From: Candidatus Onthoplasma sp.
Lineage (GTDB): Bacteria; Bacillota; Clostridia; Christensenellales; UBA1242
Assembly (NCBI GenBank): GCA_045637825.1
Contig: JAZUAD010000005.1
Coordinates: 3,198 to 67,197 of the forward strand
Reading direction: 5' to 3'
Length of the DNA stretch: 64,000 bases
The notes beneath the pieces were generated by a model. The model saw nothing but the letters and a program-made list of their open reading frames with translations. It did no database searches and had not been told where the DNA came from. Each line of letters opens with the position of its first letter. The stretch's first letter is position 1. This document shows positions 52,553 to 61,388 of this stretch, piece by piece. Position numbers and translations under genes: made by a program.

Positions 52553-52894
52553 ATGGCAAATAATGAAGAAATTAGCCAAGATGTAAAGGTTGAGGAAGCT
52601 CAACCAGTTTCTGCTGAAAATCAATCTGTTAAAACTGAAGTGAAGGCAGTAAAGGTTAAGGAAGAAACCAAAAAGGCGGACAAGTCAAAAGATAAAAAGA
52701 AAAAAGAAAAGAAACAAGGCAAAATTTCTAAGAAATTAAAGGAAACTAGCTCAGAACTTAAAAAGGTTACTTGGCCTAAATTTGGTACAGTGCTTAAACA
52801 AACAGGTGTTGTTTTAGCAGTTACTGCAGCATTCTTGTTAGTAGTATTTGGTATTGATAGACTTTGTAGCTGGCTAGTCGGCTTCATAGTGTAG
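52553..52894 (+). CDS. secE: Preprotein translocase subunit SecE with a long charged N-terminal extension
   Basis: The C-terminal part, ELKKVTWPKFGTVLKQTGVVLAVTAAFLLVVFGIDRL, is the SecE core. It sits between rpmG and nusG. Confidence 0.85.
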   Translation: MANNEEISQDVKVEEAQPVSAENQSVKTEVKAVKVKEETKKADKSKDKKKKEKKQGKISKKLKETSSELKKVTWPKFGTVLKQTGVVLAVTAAFLLVVFGIDRLCSWLVGFIV

Positions 52895-52907
52895 TAAGGA
52901 GAAAGTT

Positions 52908-53447
52908 ATGGCATTGGAAAAAAATATTGATACCGAACCTAGGTGGTATGTATTAAAGACTTTTGCAGGATACGAAAGTGTTGCTAAACAAAACTTGGAG
53001 CAAACTGTTAGCAAATATAACCTTGAGGACCGTATTTTTGACATAGTTATTCCTATGGAAGATGTATTGGAAGAAAAACGTGGTAAAAAAGTGCTAGTAC
53101 CTAAAAAGATGATGCCAGGATACATCATTGTAAAAATGATTTATGGTGATGATATTTGGCACGCAGTTACTCGTACACAATATGTATCAAGTTTTGTGGG
53201 TCCTAAAGGTCGTCCTGTATGTATTACTGAAGATGAAGTTGCTCGTTTAGGTTTAGGTAAAGTTTCGGTTAATATTGACATTAATATTGGAGATATTATT
53301 GAAATTTTAGATGGTCCGCTTGCATCATTTGTTGGAAAAGTAAGTGAAATTGATAAAGAAAACTTAAAACTAAAAGCTATTGTTGAAATGTTTGGACGTG
53401 ATTCAACAGTTGAATTGAGTTATAACCAAGTTAGAGTCAAAAACTAA
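52908..53447 (+). CDS. nusG: Transcription termination/antitermination factor NusG
   Basis: WYVLKTFAGYESVAKQNLE (NGN domain) and a C-terminal KOW domain (GDIIEILDGPLASFVGKVSEID). Confidence 0.95.
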   Translation: MALEKNIDTEPRWYVLKTFAGYESVAKQNLEQTVSKYNLEDRIFDIVIPMEDVLEEKRGKKVLVPKKMMPGYIIVKMIYGDDIWHAVTRTQYVSSFVGPKGRPVCITEDEVARLGLGKVSVNIDINIGDIIEILDGPLASFVGKVSEIDKENLKLKAIVEMFGRDSTVELSYNQVRVKN

Positions 53448-53474
53448 TCAATAAAAATTCTGGGGGATATGATT

Positions 53475-53765
53475 ATGGATAAAAATATGCAAGTTTCAGA
53501 AGGGTTAAATAGTTTATATAGTAATACTCTTACTCAATTTATGAATATTCAAATGGCTGTTAATTCTAAACAATTAACAACACAACAAGCAACCACTATG
53601 TTGCGAAATGTGGCAAATATGGTAAAAATAGGTGCGCCAGCTTTTTTAAAGACAGAAGGTGTTGATAAGTATCTATTAGACCAATATAAGAAAGGTTTTG
53701 AAGACTTAAATAGTCAAATGAAAGATTATTTGGAGAAAGAATTATCACCTATAAAGAATTTGTAA
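53475..53765 (+). CDS. Hypothetical protein (96-98 aa) inserted between nusG and rplK
   Basis: ORF with SD ggggga 7 nt before the ATG at 53475. I recognise no motif. Confidence 0.5.
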   Translation: MDKNMQVSEGLNSLYSNTLTQFMNIQMAVNSKQLTTQQATTMLRNVANMVKIGAPAFLKTEGVDKYLLDQYKKGFEDLNSQMKDYLEKELSPIKNL

Positions 53766-53864
53766 AAAAAGGAAATGCATCAGCCTTAAAGAGAGCATTT
53801 GTGGGAGATGGAAAATCTTTTTAATTCCATCACAAGAACCACAGCCATATAGGAGGAGAATTTT

Positions 53865-54293
53865 ATGGCAAAGAAAGTAAATAGTATTGTCAAGATTCAA
53901 ATTCCAGCCGGTAAGGCAACACCAGCTCCACCAATTGGTTCAGTATTAGGACCTAAGGGTATTAATATTGCTGGATTTGTAAAGGAATTTAATGACAGAA
54001 CAGCTAGTCAAGCTGGATTCATCATTCCTTGTGTAATCACAATTTATGATGACAGAACATTTAGCTTTGTGCTAAAGACACCACCTGCAGCGGTTTTAAT
54101 CCGTAAGGAAGCAGGAATTGAAAAGGGTAGCGGAAAACCTAATAAGGACAAGGTTGCTAAATTGACTAAGTCTCAAATCCGTAAAATTGCAGAATTAAAG
54201 ATGCCTGACTTAAATGCAAGCAGTATTGAAAATGCTATGAGCATGATTGCTGGTACAGCACGTAGTATGGGCGTTCAAGTAGTGGAGGATTAG
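53865..54293 (+). CDS. rplK: 50S ribosomal protein L11
   Basis: [36 protein letters not shown] is L11. Confidence 0.95.
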   Translation: MAKKVNSIVKIQIPAGKATPAPPIGSVLGPKGINIAGFVKEFNDRTASQAGFIIPCVITIYDDRTFSFVLKTPPAAVLIRKEAGIEKGSGKPNKDKVAKLTKSQIRKIAELKMPDLNASSIENAMSMIAGTARSMGVQVVED

Positions 54294-54294
54294 T

Positions 54295-54978
54295 ATGAGT
54301 AAGAGATATATTGAAAGTGCTAAACTTGTTGACAAAACTAAAGCTTACGATGCTACTGAAGCTATGAAGCTAGTTGTTGACACTGCTAAGGCTAAATTTG
54401 ATGAAAGTATTGAACTACACGTTCGTTTGGGCGTTGATGGTCGTAACGCTGACCAACAAGTTCGTGGCGTAGTAGTATTGCCAGAAGGAACTGGTAAAAA
54501 TGTTAAAGTTTTGGTTATCGCTAAAGGTGATAAGGCAGACGAAGCTAAGGCTGCTGGTGCTGATATTGTAGGTGATGACGACATCGTTAAAAAGATTATG
54601 ACTGAAAACTGGTTAGATTTTGACGTATGTATTACTACACCTGATATGATGGGTACTATTGGTCGTTGTGCTCGTATTCTAGGACCTAAAGGTTTAATGC
54701 CAAACCCTAAGAGCGGAACAGTTACAACTGATGTAACTAAGGCTATCAAAGATGTTAAAGCTGGTAAAGTTGAATATCGTCTAGACAAAAATAACAATGT
54801 TCACGTTATTATTGGTAAAGCAAGCTTTGGTGCTGATAGATTGGAAACAAACTTGCGTGCTGTTATGGGTGCTATTATCAAGGCTAAGCCTTCAAGCGCT
54901 AAGGGTACTTACTTGAAGAGCGTTTACGTTGCTTCAACTATGGGACCAAGCATCAAACTAAACTATAGTGAAAACTAA
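54295..54978 (+). CDS. rplA: 50S ribosomal protein L1
   Basis: [34 protein letters not shown] is L1. Confidence 0.95.
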   Translation: MSKRYIESAKLVDKTKAYDATEAMKLVVDTAKAKFDESIELHVRLGVDGRNADQQVRGVVVLPEGTGKNVKVLVIAKGDKADEAKAAGADIVGDDDIVKKIMTENWLDFDVCITTPDMMGTIGRCARILGPKGLMPNPKSGTVTTDVTKAIKDVKAGKVEYRLDKNNNVHVIIGKASFGADRLETNLRAVMGAIIKAKPSSAKGTYLKSVYVASTMGPSIKLNYSEN

Positions 54979-54986
54979 TAAAAATT

Positions 54987-55014
54987 ACCACAAGCTAAAT
55001 CTTGTGGTTTTTTA
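54987..55014 (+). terminator. Intrinsic terminator after rplA
   Basis: Stem accacaag (54987-54994) / cttgtggt (55001-55008), then TTTTTT. Confidence 0.85.
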
Positions 55015-55067
55015 TTTAATAAAAATGATTGCTTTATAATGTTTTTTTAAATTTTTTTAAAATTTAA

Positions 55068-55097
55068 TTGACTTTAAAGCGTGTTGTGCGTTACACT
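55068..55097 (+). promoter_or_regulatory. Candidate promoter for the 185-aa membrane protein gene
   Basis: TTGACT (55068-55073), 18 nt, TACACT (55092-55097). Confidence 0.45.
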
Positions 55098-55120
55098 AAA
55101 AATAATAAGGGGGATTTTAT

Positions 55121-55678
55121 ATGGAAAAAGAAAAGAAGATTGCGCCTAAAAAGACTGCTAAAAAGTCTGTTGCGCCAAAAACAATTGTAAAGTCAAGTGC
55201 AAAAACTATCAAAGCACCAGCAAAGGTAGAGGAAGTTAAAGCACCCGTTGCAGAAGCAAAGGTTGAAAAAGTAAACAAATTTAAGATGACTTTAAATCAA
55301 GAATTTAATTTGCTTATAGGTTTGTTTAGCATTATTACAATTATTTCTTTTTGTTTTGCATTTCAAGGTGGCGAAGCTGAAATGGCTGGCTGGGACATAT
55401 TCTTAAAGTCTGGAAGCTATTCTGGCGTGTTTAGAGCTTTGTTAATTGCATACGTTGCTACAATTATTATTGATTGTATTTTGGCTATTCCTGTGGCTAG
55501 CGAAAATGAAATATTAAATATTGTAGAAAAAGCATTGTATATGTTTACTATCGCAATAAATGCCATAACAATTGCAGTTTTACTAACTTTGATTTCTAAT
55601 GTGGGTATAGGACTAATTATATTCTTTGTTATTTCAATAATAAGCGCTATTGTTAAGCTTGCAAGAATATATTCATAA
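55121..55678 (+). CDS. Membrane protein with a Lys/Ala/Pro-rich N-terminal tail (185 aa)
   Basis: KKIAPKKTAKKSVAPKTIVKSSAKTIKAPAKVEEVKAP, followed by about four TM segments. Confidence 0.6.
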   Translation: MEKEKKIAPKKTAKKSVAPKTIVKSSAKTIKAPAKVEEVKAPVAEAKVEKVNKFKMTLNQEFNLLIGLFSIITIISFCFAFQGGEAEMAGWDIFLKSGSYSGVFRALLIAYVATIIIDCILAIPVASENEILNIVEKALYMFTIAINAITIAVLLTLISNVGIGLIIFFVISIISAIVKLARIYS

Positions 55679-55697
55679 AAATAGAAAAATAAAAAAA

Positions 55698-55725
55698 ACA
55701 GTATCCATAATCGATACTGTTTTTT
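55698..55725. terminator. Bidirectional intrinsic terminator (membrane gene + / GLUG gene -)
   Basis: Stem acagtatc (55698-55705) / gatactgt (55713-55720), with an A8 run upstream and a T5 run downstream. Confidence 0.85.
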
Positions 55726-55730
55726 ATTAT

Positions 55731-58700
55731 TTATAAACTTATAATATCATATCCAAATACTTCAACAAAGGTTCTAGGAACAGGCATTTTATTAATAACA
55801 TATAACCATTTAGAATTTGATAGTCCAGCCGAAATGTCGAAGTTGCAATTATTAGGATCTAAGTATGTTTCAATATTTTGCAGTTTTGCTTCGTTTGCAA
55901 TTATATAATTTGAATTTGAACCAGGTTCTTGTTTATTCCACAATACTGAACTATAGTCAGATTCAATTACGCCCTTAATATTAGCGTCACTACTGATTAT
56001 ACAATTAGATATAGTGCCTGTAGTGCGTTGCTTTTTCATTAATCCGCCTTGAGCAATATCTAAATATTTATTGCCCAAACCATTAAATGATACATTGGCA
56101 ATGCTGTATGAGATTGTTCCAAATTTGTTATTAGTATAAGGCATAAAGCCGGCAAAACCAGCAATCCAGCCATTAGAGTTTGTGCAATTCAAGTTGGCGT
56201 TTACAAGACAATTAGAAATTGTTCCGCTAGAAATATCGTAAGCAAAAGATGTTACTTGAACTCCTTTAAATGTTGATCGATCACTTTCGGTTAAACCAGT
56301 AATACAAGAATCAACAGTTCCATTATTAGTATTGGTTCTTACTAAACCTGCTACTTGATAACCGCTTAGATTTGCAAAGGCAAAGCAACCATAAATATTC
56401 CCGCCATAGTTATAAACAGATAGACCTGCAACGTAAATATTATTGTTGACAGAGCCAATATTAAATGTGTTTACAACGTTGTATTCTAATTTTCCTGAAT
56501 TGTATGCTGTTAAGCCACCAAGATAAATAACGCTTGAAGATGCACCTGCGCTATATTCATCAGCATAAGCGCCACAATAAGTTATATCGCCGTTATTATA
56601 ACCACACAAACCGCCTACAAAATAATATGCTTTGCTGGTTGAATTGTTGGTTGTTGAAATTTCTGCAAATGAGGTGCTTTCATAAATTTTTGAATAGTTA
56701 ATTCCGCATAGTCCACCAAAGTAACCTGCAGTTGTATAAATTGAATTTGCTTCAATTGTACCTTCATAAGAACAGTAATTAATTGTACCATAATTAACTG
56801 CAACAATACCACCAATGCGGTCAACGCCTGAAAGTTGATTAGAGTTTTTAATATGACAATTATATATATAAGTATTTTTTGCTGAATATCCTGTAATACC
56901 ACCTGCATTAAATACAGAGTTTGTTATAGATATATTTTGAAGTTGACAATTAGAAATTTGACAAATGTTTGCAATATAGCCAGCAATTCCACCAGCATAT
57001 TTAGCGCTAGAGTTGATGCTAGAATTAATTACATCAACATTAGATATGACGGTATTTCCTTTAACAAGTCCAACAACTAAACCAACACAATCATTTAAAG
57101 TTGTTGAAGAAGTGGTTACATTGTTAAAGATTATATTAGTGATTGTTGCTGTAGATAAAGTATAGAAGAAACCAGCGTAAGGCAAATTATTTCCAACAAT
57201 TTCAAAGTTTGATATAGTATGTGAATTGTTAGTATTTGATTTAAAAGTTCCTGTAAACTCAACAGGAGTCCATTTCATTCCTCCTAAATCAATATCAGCA
57301 GCAAGAATATAATTTCCACTAACTGCGGTTGATTTTTGGAATACTGTAAGCAAATCATTTTTATTAGATATAATAGAAGTAGAAGTGCTTGGTTGTTCTG
57401 GATTGCTAATATCTGGAGTTGTGCTATCTTCAGGTTGGGTTGGTAATTGAATAATATCCTCTAATAATATGTCGTCAAAATTATTTAAAAATATTAGTGT
57501 AGGATAATGACCGTTAACCAAATACCAAACTTTATCCCAATATACAATATTATTTGAAGAACTGATATAGTAAATAAAAGTATCTTTATTTTTCATTTCT
57601 TCAGTAGTTTTTCCATTAACTGCAAAACTTGTTATGGTTGAGAAACCATAAGTATCAGAGGCAACACCTGCAAAATTGTTTAAGGTTTTATCATAATACA
57701 AACCAACTAATACAAGTTCTTTATTGATGTTAGATGTAGAGTTGTTAGACATTTCTACTGTTCCTATAATATTTCCGGCTCTAGCTGGTGCTTGAATTTT
57801 AGAAATGCTATAACTTTCACGAATGTATGTGTCTGGATTTACAGTTAGTTTACCAACAAGACCGCCAGTATATAAATTAGAAGTGTTTTTTAATGATAGA
57901 TTGGTAAGGCAGGCGTGTATTACTGCTGAATCTACGCTTCCGGCAATACCTCCAAGATAACCATTTGCTGAAAGTGTTTTATTTTCATCAGTAAAGGCAG
58001 AGGTGCGAAATATTCCAGCAGTGGTGCTATGTAATTTATCACTTTGCAACAAACCAACCACCGCACCAGTATTGCTAGAAGTTTTGTTGTTTGATATAGT
58101 AGAATTAGATATTACAACTTTATTAATATTGCCATAGCAAATACCTGCAACAGTACCAACATGAATAAAGGAACCTTCGATTACAGCGTTACTTAAATTA
58201 AGATTATATACTTCGCTATTAGCACCCAGGATAGCAAATAGTCCAGCATAATCGCAACTTTCAATAGTTAATCCGCTAATAGTGAAATAACCGCCATTAA
58301 ACTTTCCTGTAAATTCACGGTATTTACCATCAATTAAACCGATAGGATTATGCGTTTTGGTTAATTGTATATTTTGAACTAATTCAAAACTTGCATTGTC
58401 GTCAATATGTTGATTACAAATGTCAAACAATTGTTGTTCGTTACTAATGTAATAAGGAAATTCTTCAGAACCAATACCAACCATTACATCGATACTAAAA
58501 GATTTGTATTTACGATTGGTGGTTGAGATTTTAATTGTGGTAGCACCTCCTTTAGAGGTGGGAATATAACTTTTGGTAAGTGCATCATATTTAATTATTG
58601 AAGTAACTTCGTCTCCACCAGCATTAAAGTCAATTTTTGTACTCTTGCTAGGTTCGGTACGTGAAAAACCAATTTCCTCCAAAGATAAGGTTTCGCCATA

Positions 58701-58823
58701 GTTAATATATATTGTGGCGGTATTTACTTTAATAACCTCATCATTTTTTGCAAATTGATAAAAAGTAACACCGATACAAACGGTAGATATTATTGCTACT
58801 AAAAATATTAAAAACTTTTTCAT
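55731..58823 (-). CDS. GLUG-repeat surface protein (1030 aa): N-terminal anchor, Ig-like domain and two GLUG blocks
   Basis: N-terminal TM or signal segment. Two module heads: FPYYISNEQQLFDI and ISNKNDLLTVFQ...NYILAADIDLGGMKWTPVEFTGTF. Many GLUG-type repeats: YLGGIAGSV, YTGGLVGKL, YAGGIAGYI, NAGGITGYS, YFGGLCGIN, FVGGLCGYNNG, YLGGLTAYNSG. A P/S/T linker (PTQPEDSTTPDISNPEQPSTSTS) separates the two blocks. Confidence 0.8.
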   Translation of the reverse strand: MKKFLIFLVAIISTVCIGVTFYQFAKNDEVIKVNTATIYINYGETLSLEEIGFSRTEPSKSTKIDFNAGGDEVTSIIKYDALTKSYIPTSKGGATTIKISTTNRKYKSFSIDVMVGIGSEEFPYYISNEQQLFDICNQHIDDNASFELVQNIQLTKTHNPIGLIDGKYREFTGKFNGGYFTISGLTIESCDYAGLFAILGANSEVYNLNLSNAVIEGSFIHVGTVAGICYGNINKVVISNSTISNNKTSSNTGAVVGLLQSDKLHSTTAGIFRTSAFTDENKTLSANGYLGGIAGSVDSAVIHACLTNLSLKNTSNLYTGGLVGKLTVNPDTYIRESYSISKIQAPARAGNIIGTVEMSNNSTSNINKELVLVGLYYDKTLNNFAGVASDTYGFSTITSFAVNGKTTEEMKNKDTFIYYISSSNNIVYWDKVWYLVNGHYPTLIFLNNFDDILLEDIIQLPTQPEDSTTPDISNPEQPSTSTSIISNKNDLLTVFQKSTAVSGNYILAADIDLGGMKWTPVEFTGTFKSNTNNSHTISNFEIVGNNLPYAGFFYTLSTATITNIIFNNVTTSSTTLNDCVGLVVGLVKGNTVISNVDVINSSINSSAKYAGGIAGYIANICQISNCQLQNISITNSVFNAGGITGYSAKNTYIYNCHIKNSNQLSGVDRIGGIVAVNYGTINYCSYEGTIEANSIYTTAGYFGGLCGINYSKIYESTSFAEISTTNNSTSKAYYFVGGLCGYNNGDITYCGAYADEYSAGASSSVIYLGGLTAYNSGKLEYNVVNTFNIGSVNNNIYVAGLSVYNYGGNIYGCFAFANLSGYQVAGLVRTNTNNGTVDSCITGLTESDRSTFKGVQVTSFAYDISSGTISNCLVNANLNCTNSNGWIAGFAGFMPYTNNKFGTISYSIANVSFNGLGNKYLDIAQGGLMKKQRTTGTISNCIISSDANIKGVIESDYSSVLWNKQEPGSNSNYIIANEAKLQNIETYLDPNNCNFDISAGLSNSKWLYVINKMPVPRTFVEVFGYDIISL

Positions 58824-58856
58824 AATAATCCTCCAACATGGATTGAATTTAACAAC

Positions 58857-58884
58857 ATTTTATCATAAATTCGCAGTTTGTCAA
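58857..58884 (-). promoter_or_regulatory. Sigma-A-type promoter for the GLUG-protein gene
   Basis: On the minus strand: TTGACA (58884-58879), 16 nt ending TGa, TAAAAT (58862-58857). Confidence 0.6.
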
Positions 58885-58991
58885 TACCTTTTAAAAAAAT
58901 TGTTTAAATGCTTTACTTTTTTTATTTAATCATATATAATATTTAATTACGATAAAATATGTTTAACAAGTTAATAATATGATTGTGACAA

Positions 58992-59022
58992 CAAAAAAAC
59001 TCGCACTTATGCGAGTTTTTAA
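58992..59022 (-). terminator. Intrinsic terminator of the 159-aa membrane protein gene
   Basis: Stem aaactcgca / tgcgagttt, with a T-run on the minus strand. Confidence 0.75.
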
Positions 59023-59047
59023 TTTTATGTAAATTGGTTCAGTAAAA

Positions 59048-59527
59048 TTAAGCAAAGATTTTACCAGTCTTTTTATATTTCTTTTCAAACTTGGTGTACT
59101 CTTTATTGATTTTATAAAATCTCCAACCATAGAAGCCTAAAATACCTGCAATAAATACAGCGATAACGATGTAGTGAACACCAGTAATACTAACATCAAA
59201 TGCGTTAGGAGTGCGGTAAACAACATCTTTATAGCCAGCAGATTCAATCAAAGCTTTGCTTTCATCATATGCTTTTATGTGCCAAGAACCTGATTTAGTG
59301 TTATGTAAATAAACTTTAAAGGTTCCATCTTCAATTTCTTCACAATAAGCAACGCATTGACTGGCGATATATTGAGAAGCTTTGTTTTCCTTGATTTTAT
59401 CCATATAAATACCATAAATCATACGTTCCATTAAGAATACCAGAATTATGCCTACTAATACAGCACAAATTGTTTTAAACACCATCTCAACATTTTCACG
59501 AGATCTCATTTTCTTTAAAAATTCCAT
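59048..59527 (-). CDS. Two-TM membrane protein (159 aa)
   Basis: I moved the start to the internal ATG (59527) behind the SD ggggga. MEFLKKMRSRENVEMVFKTICAVLVGIILVF..., with a second TM segment near the C-terminus. Confidence 0.55.
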   Translation of the reverse strand: MEFLKKMRSRENVEMVFKTICAVLVGIILVFLMERMIYGIYMDKIKENKASQYIASQCVAYCEEIEDGTFKVYLHNTKSGSWHIKAYDESKALIESAGYKDVVYRTPNAFDVSITGVHYIVIAVFIAGILGFYGWRFYKINKEYTKFEKKYKKTGKIFA

Positions 59528-59650
59528 ATTTCCCCCTAAATATTTTAGATAAAACCACATACATAAATATACATAATGCGACATTTCTAAACTATTTACT
59601 TTTAGTATACAAATAAAATAATGAATTGTCAAAGAATTTTAAGCACTTTC

Positions 59651-59679
59651 TTTACAAATTTTAAAATTTATGCTATTAT
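59651..59679 (+). promoter_or_regulatory. Sigma-A-type promoter abutting the mrnC start codon
   Basis: TTTACA (59651-59656), 17 nt, TATTAT (59674-59679). The ATG at 59688 lies 8 nt after the -10, with no SD. Confidence 0.5.
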
Positions 59680-59687
59680 TTTAACAT

Positions 59688-60092
59688 ATGAACAAAATTT
59701 TTAAAAAAGTTTATGAGTTAAATGCAATAAAACTGGCTTATATGGGCGATAGTGTATTTTCTTTGTATATACGACAACACTTTATTATGAATACCGACAA
59801 AAAGAATTCTGAATTAAACAAGTGTGTAAATAATATTGTGTGTGCAGGCAATCAGGCAAAGTTGATGGAAATTATTTTGCCTAGTCTTGAGGGAGATGAA
59901 ATAGATATTGTTAATAGGGCGAAAAATTTACATTTTAACAACATTGCTAAAAATAGCACGCCTGAAGAGTATACAAAGGCAACGCAATTTGAGGCATTGT
60001 TAGGATTTTTGTATTTAACAAATCAAGAAGAACGATTGCAAAAATTTATTAATATAAGTTTGGAGAATTATTATGATAGTAGAAGGAATTAA
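59688..60092 (+). CDS. mrnC: Mini-ribonuclease III
   Basis: LAYMGDSVFSLYIRQH ... QFEALLGFLYL matches Mini-III (YazC). It lies upstream of rlmB, as in B. subtilis. Confidence 0.8.
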   Translation: MNKIFKKVYELNAIKLAYMGDSVFSLYIRQHFIMNTDKKNSELNKCVNNIVCAGNQAKLMEIILPSLEGDEIDIVNRAKNLHFNNIAKNSTPEEYTKATQFEALLGFLYLTNQEERLQKFINISLENYYDSRRN

Positions 60093-60804
60093 TTGTGCGC
60101 AAGAACTGTTAAAAACGGATTATCCAATGGAAAAAGTTATAATCAATAAAGATTTAACTACAAAATGTAAAAAGATAATAGAGCTGGCAAATCAAAAAGA
60201 AGTAAAAATTGAATATGTTGACAAAACTGCTATTGAACGTTTGACCAAAAGTAAAAATAGTCAAGGCGTATTGTGTTTTGTTTCTGCATTTAAATATTGT
60301 GATGTAAAAGATATTATGCAAGATGCCGAAAATAAAGGTCAATCCCCATTTATTATTATTTTAGATGGAATAGTTGACCCGCATAATGTTGGTGCGATTA
60401 TTAGAACGGCAGAGTGTGTTGGCGTTAACGGAATTATAATTGCTCAAAATCGTGCGTGCGAGATTAATGAAACAGTGTTTAAAACTAGTGCTGGAGCAGT
60501 CGCGCATATGAAGGTTGCGCAAGTGGTTAATCTTAGTCAAACTATTGAAAAATTAAAAAAACAAAATGTATGGGTGTATTCGCTAGAGGCGGGAAATACA
60601 TCAATGTATGACGTTGATTTGACAGGAGCTTTGGCATTGGTTGTTGGTAGTGAGGGCGAAGGCGTTAGCAAGTTGGTAAATCGTACTTGTGATGGAACAA
60701 TTTCAATTCCATTAAAGGGTAAAGTAAACAGTTTAAATGCATCTAATGCTGGAGCAATAGCAATGTATGAGGCGTTAAGGCAAAGGGAAATATGTCGCAA
60801 ATAA
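60073..60804 (+). CDS. rlmB: 23S rRNA (guanosine-2'-O)-methyltransferase RlmB (SpoU/TrmH family)
   Basis: ILDGIVDPHNVGAIIRTAECVG...LVVGSEGEGVS...IPLKGKVNSLNASNAGAIAMYE are the SpoU motifs 1-3. Confidence 0.85.
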   Translation: MIVEGINCAQELLKTDYPMEKVIINKDLTTKCKKIIELANQKEVKIEYVDKTAIERLTKSKNSQGVLCFVSAFKYCDVKDIMQDAENKGQSPFIIILDGIVDPHNVGAIIRTAECVGVNGIIIAQNRACEINETVFKTSAGAVAHMKVAQVVNLSQTIEKLKKQNVWVYSLEAGNTSMYDVDLTGALALVVGSEGEGVSKLVNRTCDGTISIPLKGKVNSLNASNAGAIAMYEALRQREICRK

Positions 60805-61385
60805 ATGAAGTTGTAGCTAAGGCAAAATTAGGAGATTTTGAAAGTATGGAATACATACTTAAATTTTTCAAGCCAAAAGTTACAGCGATTTGTCGTGAAT
60901 ATTTTTTATTAGGTGCTGATTTTGATGATATTTTACAAGAAGGTATGATTGGTTTATACAAGGCAGTGATGGGTTATAATGATGCAAAAAATGATAATTT
61001 TTCAAATTTTGCAAAAATGTGTATACATCATCAAATTCAAAATGCGGTAAAGGTTGCTAATAGCAAAAAAAATCACCCTTTAAATAACTATGTGTCAATT
61101 AGTATTGAGGGTAAATTTGGCGAAAATGAAGATGAACCTAAAATAATACTTGAGGCAAAGGATAAGGGTGCAGAACAACTTTCTATTGATAAAGAAAGGG
61201 AACAATTGTTGCACCAAAAACTAAAACAAGTATTGACAAATGAGCAATATAGTGTATTATTAATGTACTTAAATGGTTATAGTTATGTAGAAATTGCTAA
61301 AAAGCATAATACAACTAATAAAAAAGTTGATAATAATATTCAAGCAATTAAAAGGAAAATAAAAACTTTATTAAAAGGAGAGTAG
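60792..61385 (+). CDS. sigH: RNA polymerase sigma factor SigH
   Basis: YFLLGADFDDILQEGMIGLYKAVMGYN...FSNFAKMCIHHQIQNAVKVANSKKNHPLNNYVSI is collinear with my recall of B. subtilis SigH (YFLIGADREDIVQEGMIGLYKSIRDF...RQKHIPLNSYVSL). Confidence 0.8.
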   Translation: MSQINEVVAKAKLGDFESMEYILKFFKPKVTAICREYFLLGADFDDILQEGMIGLYKAVMGYNDAKNDNFSNFAKMCIHHQIQNAVKVANSKKNHPLNNYVSISIEGKFGENEDEPKIILEAKDKGAEQLSIDKEREQLLHQKLKQVLTNEQYSVLLMYLNGYSYVEIAKKHNTTNKKVDNNIQAIKRKIKTLLKGE

Positions 61386-61388
61386 TTT

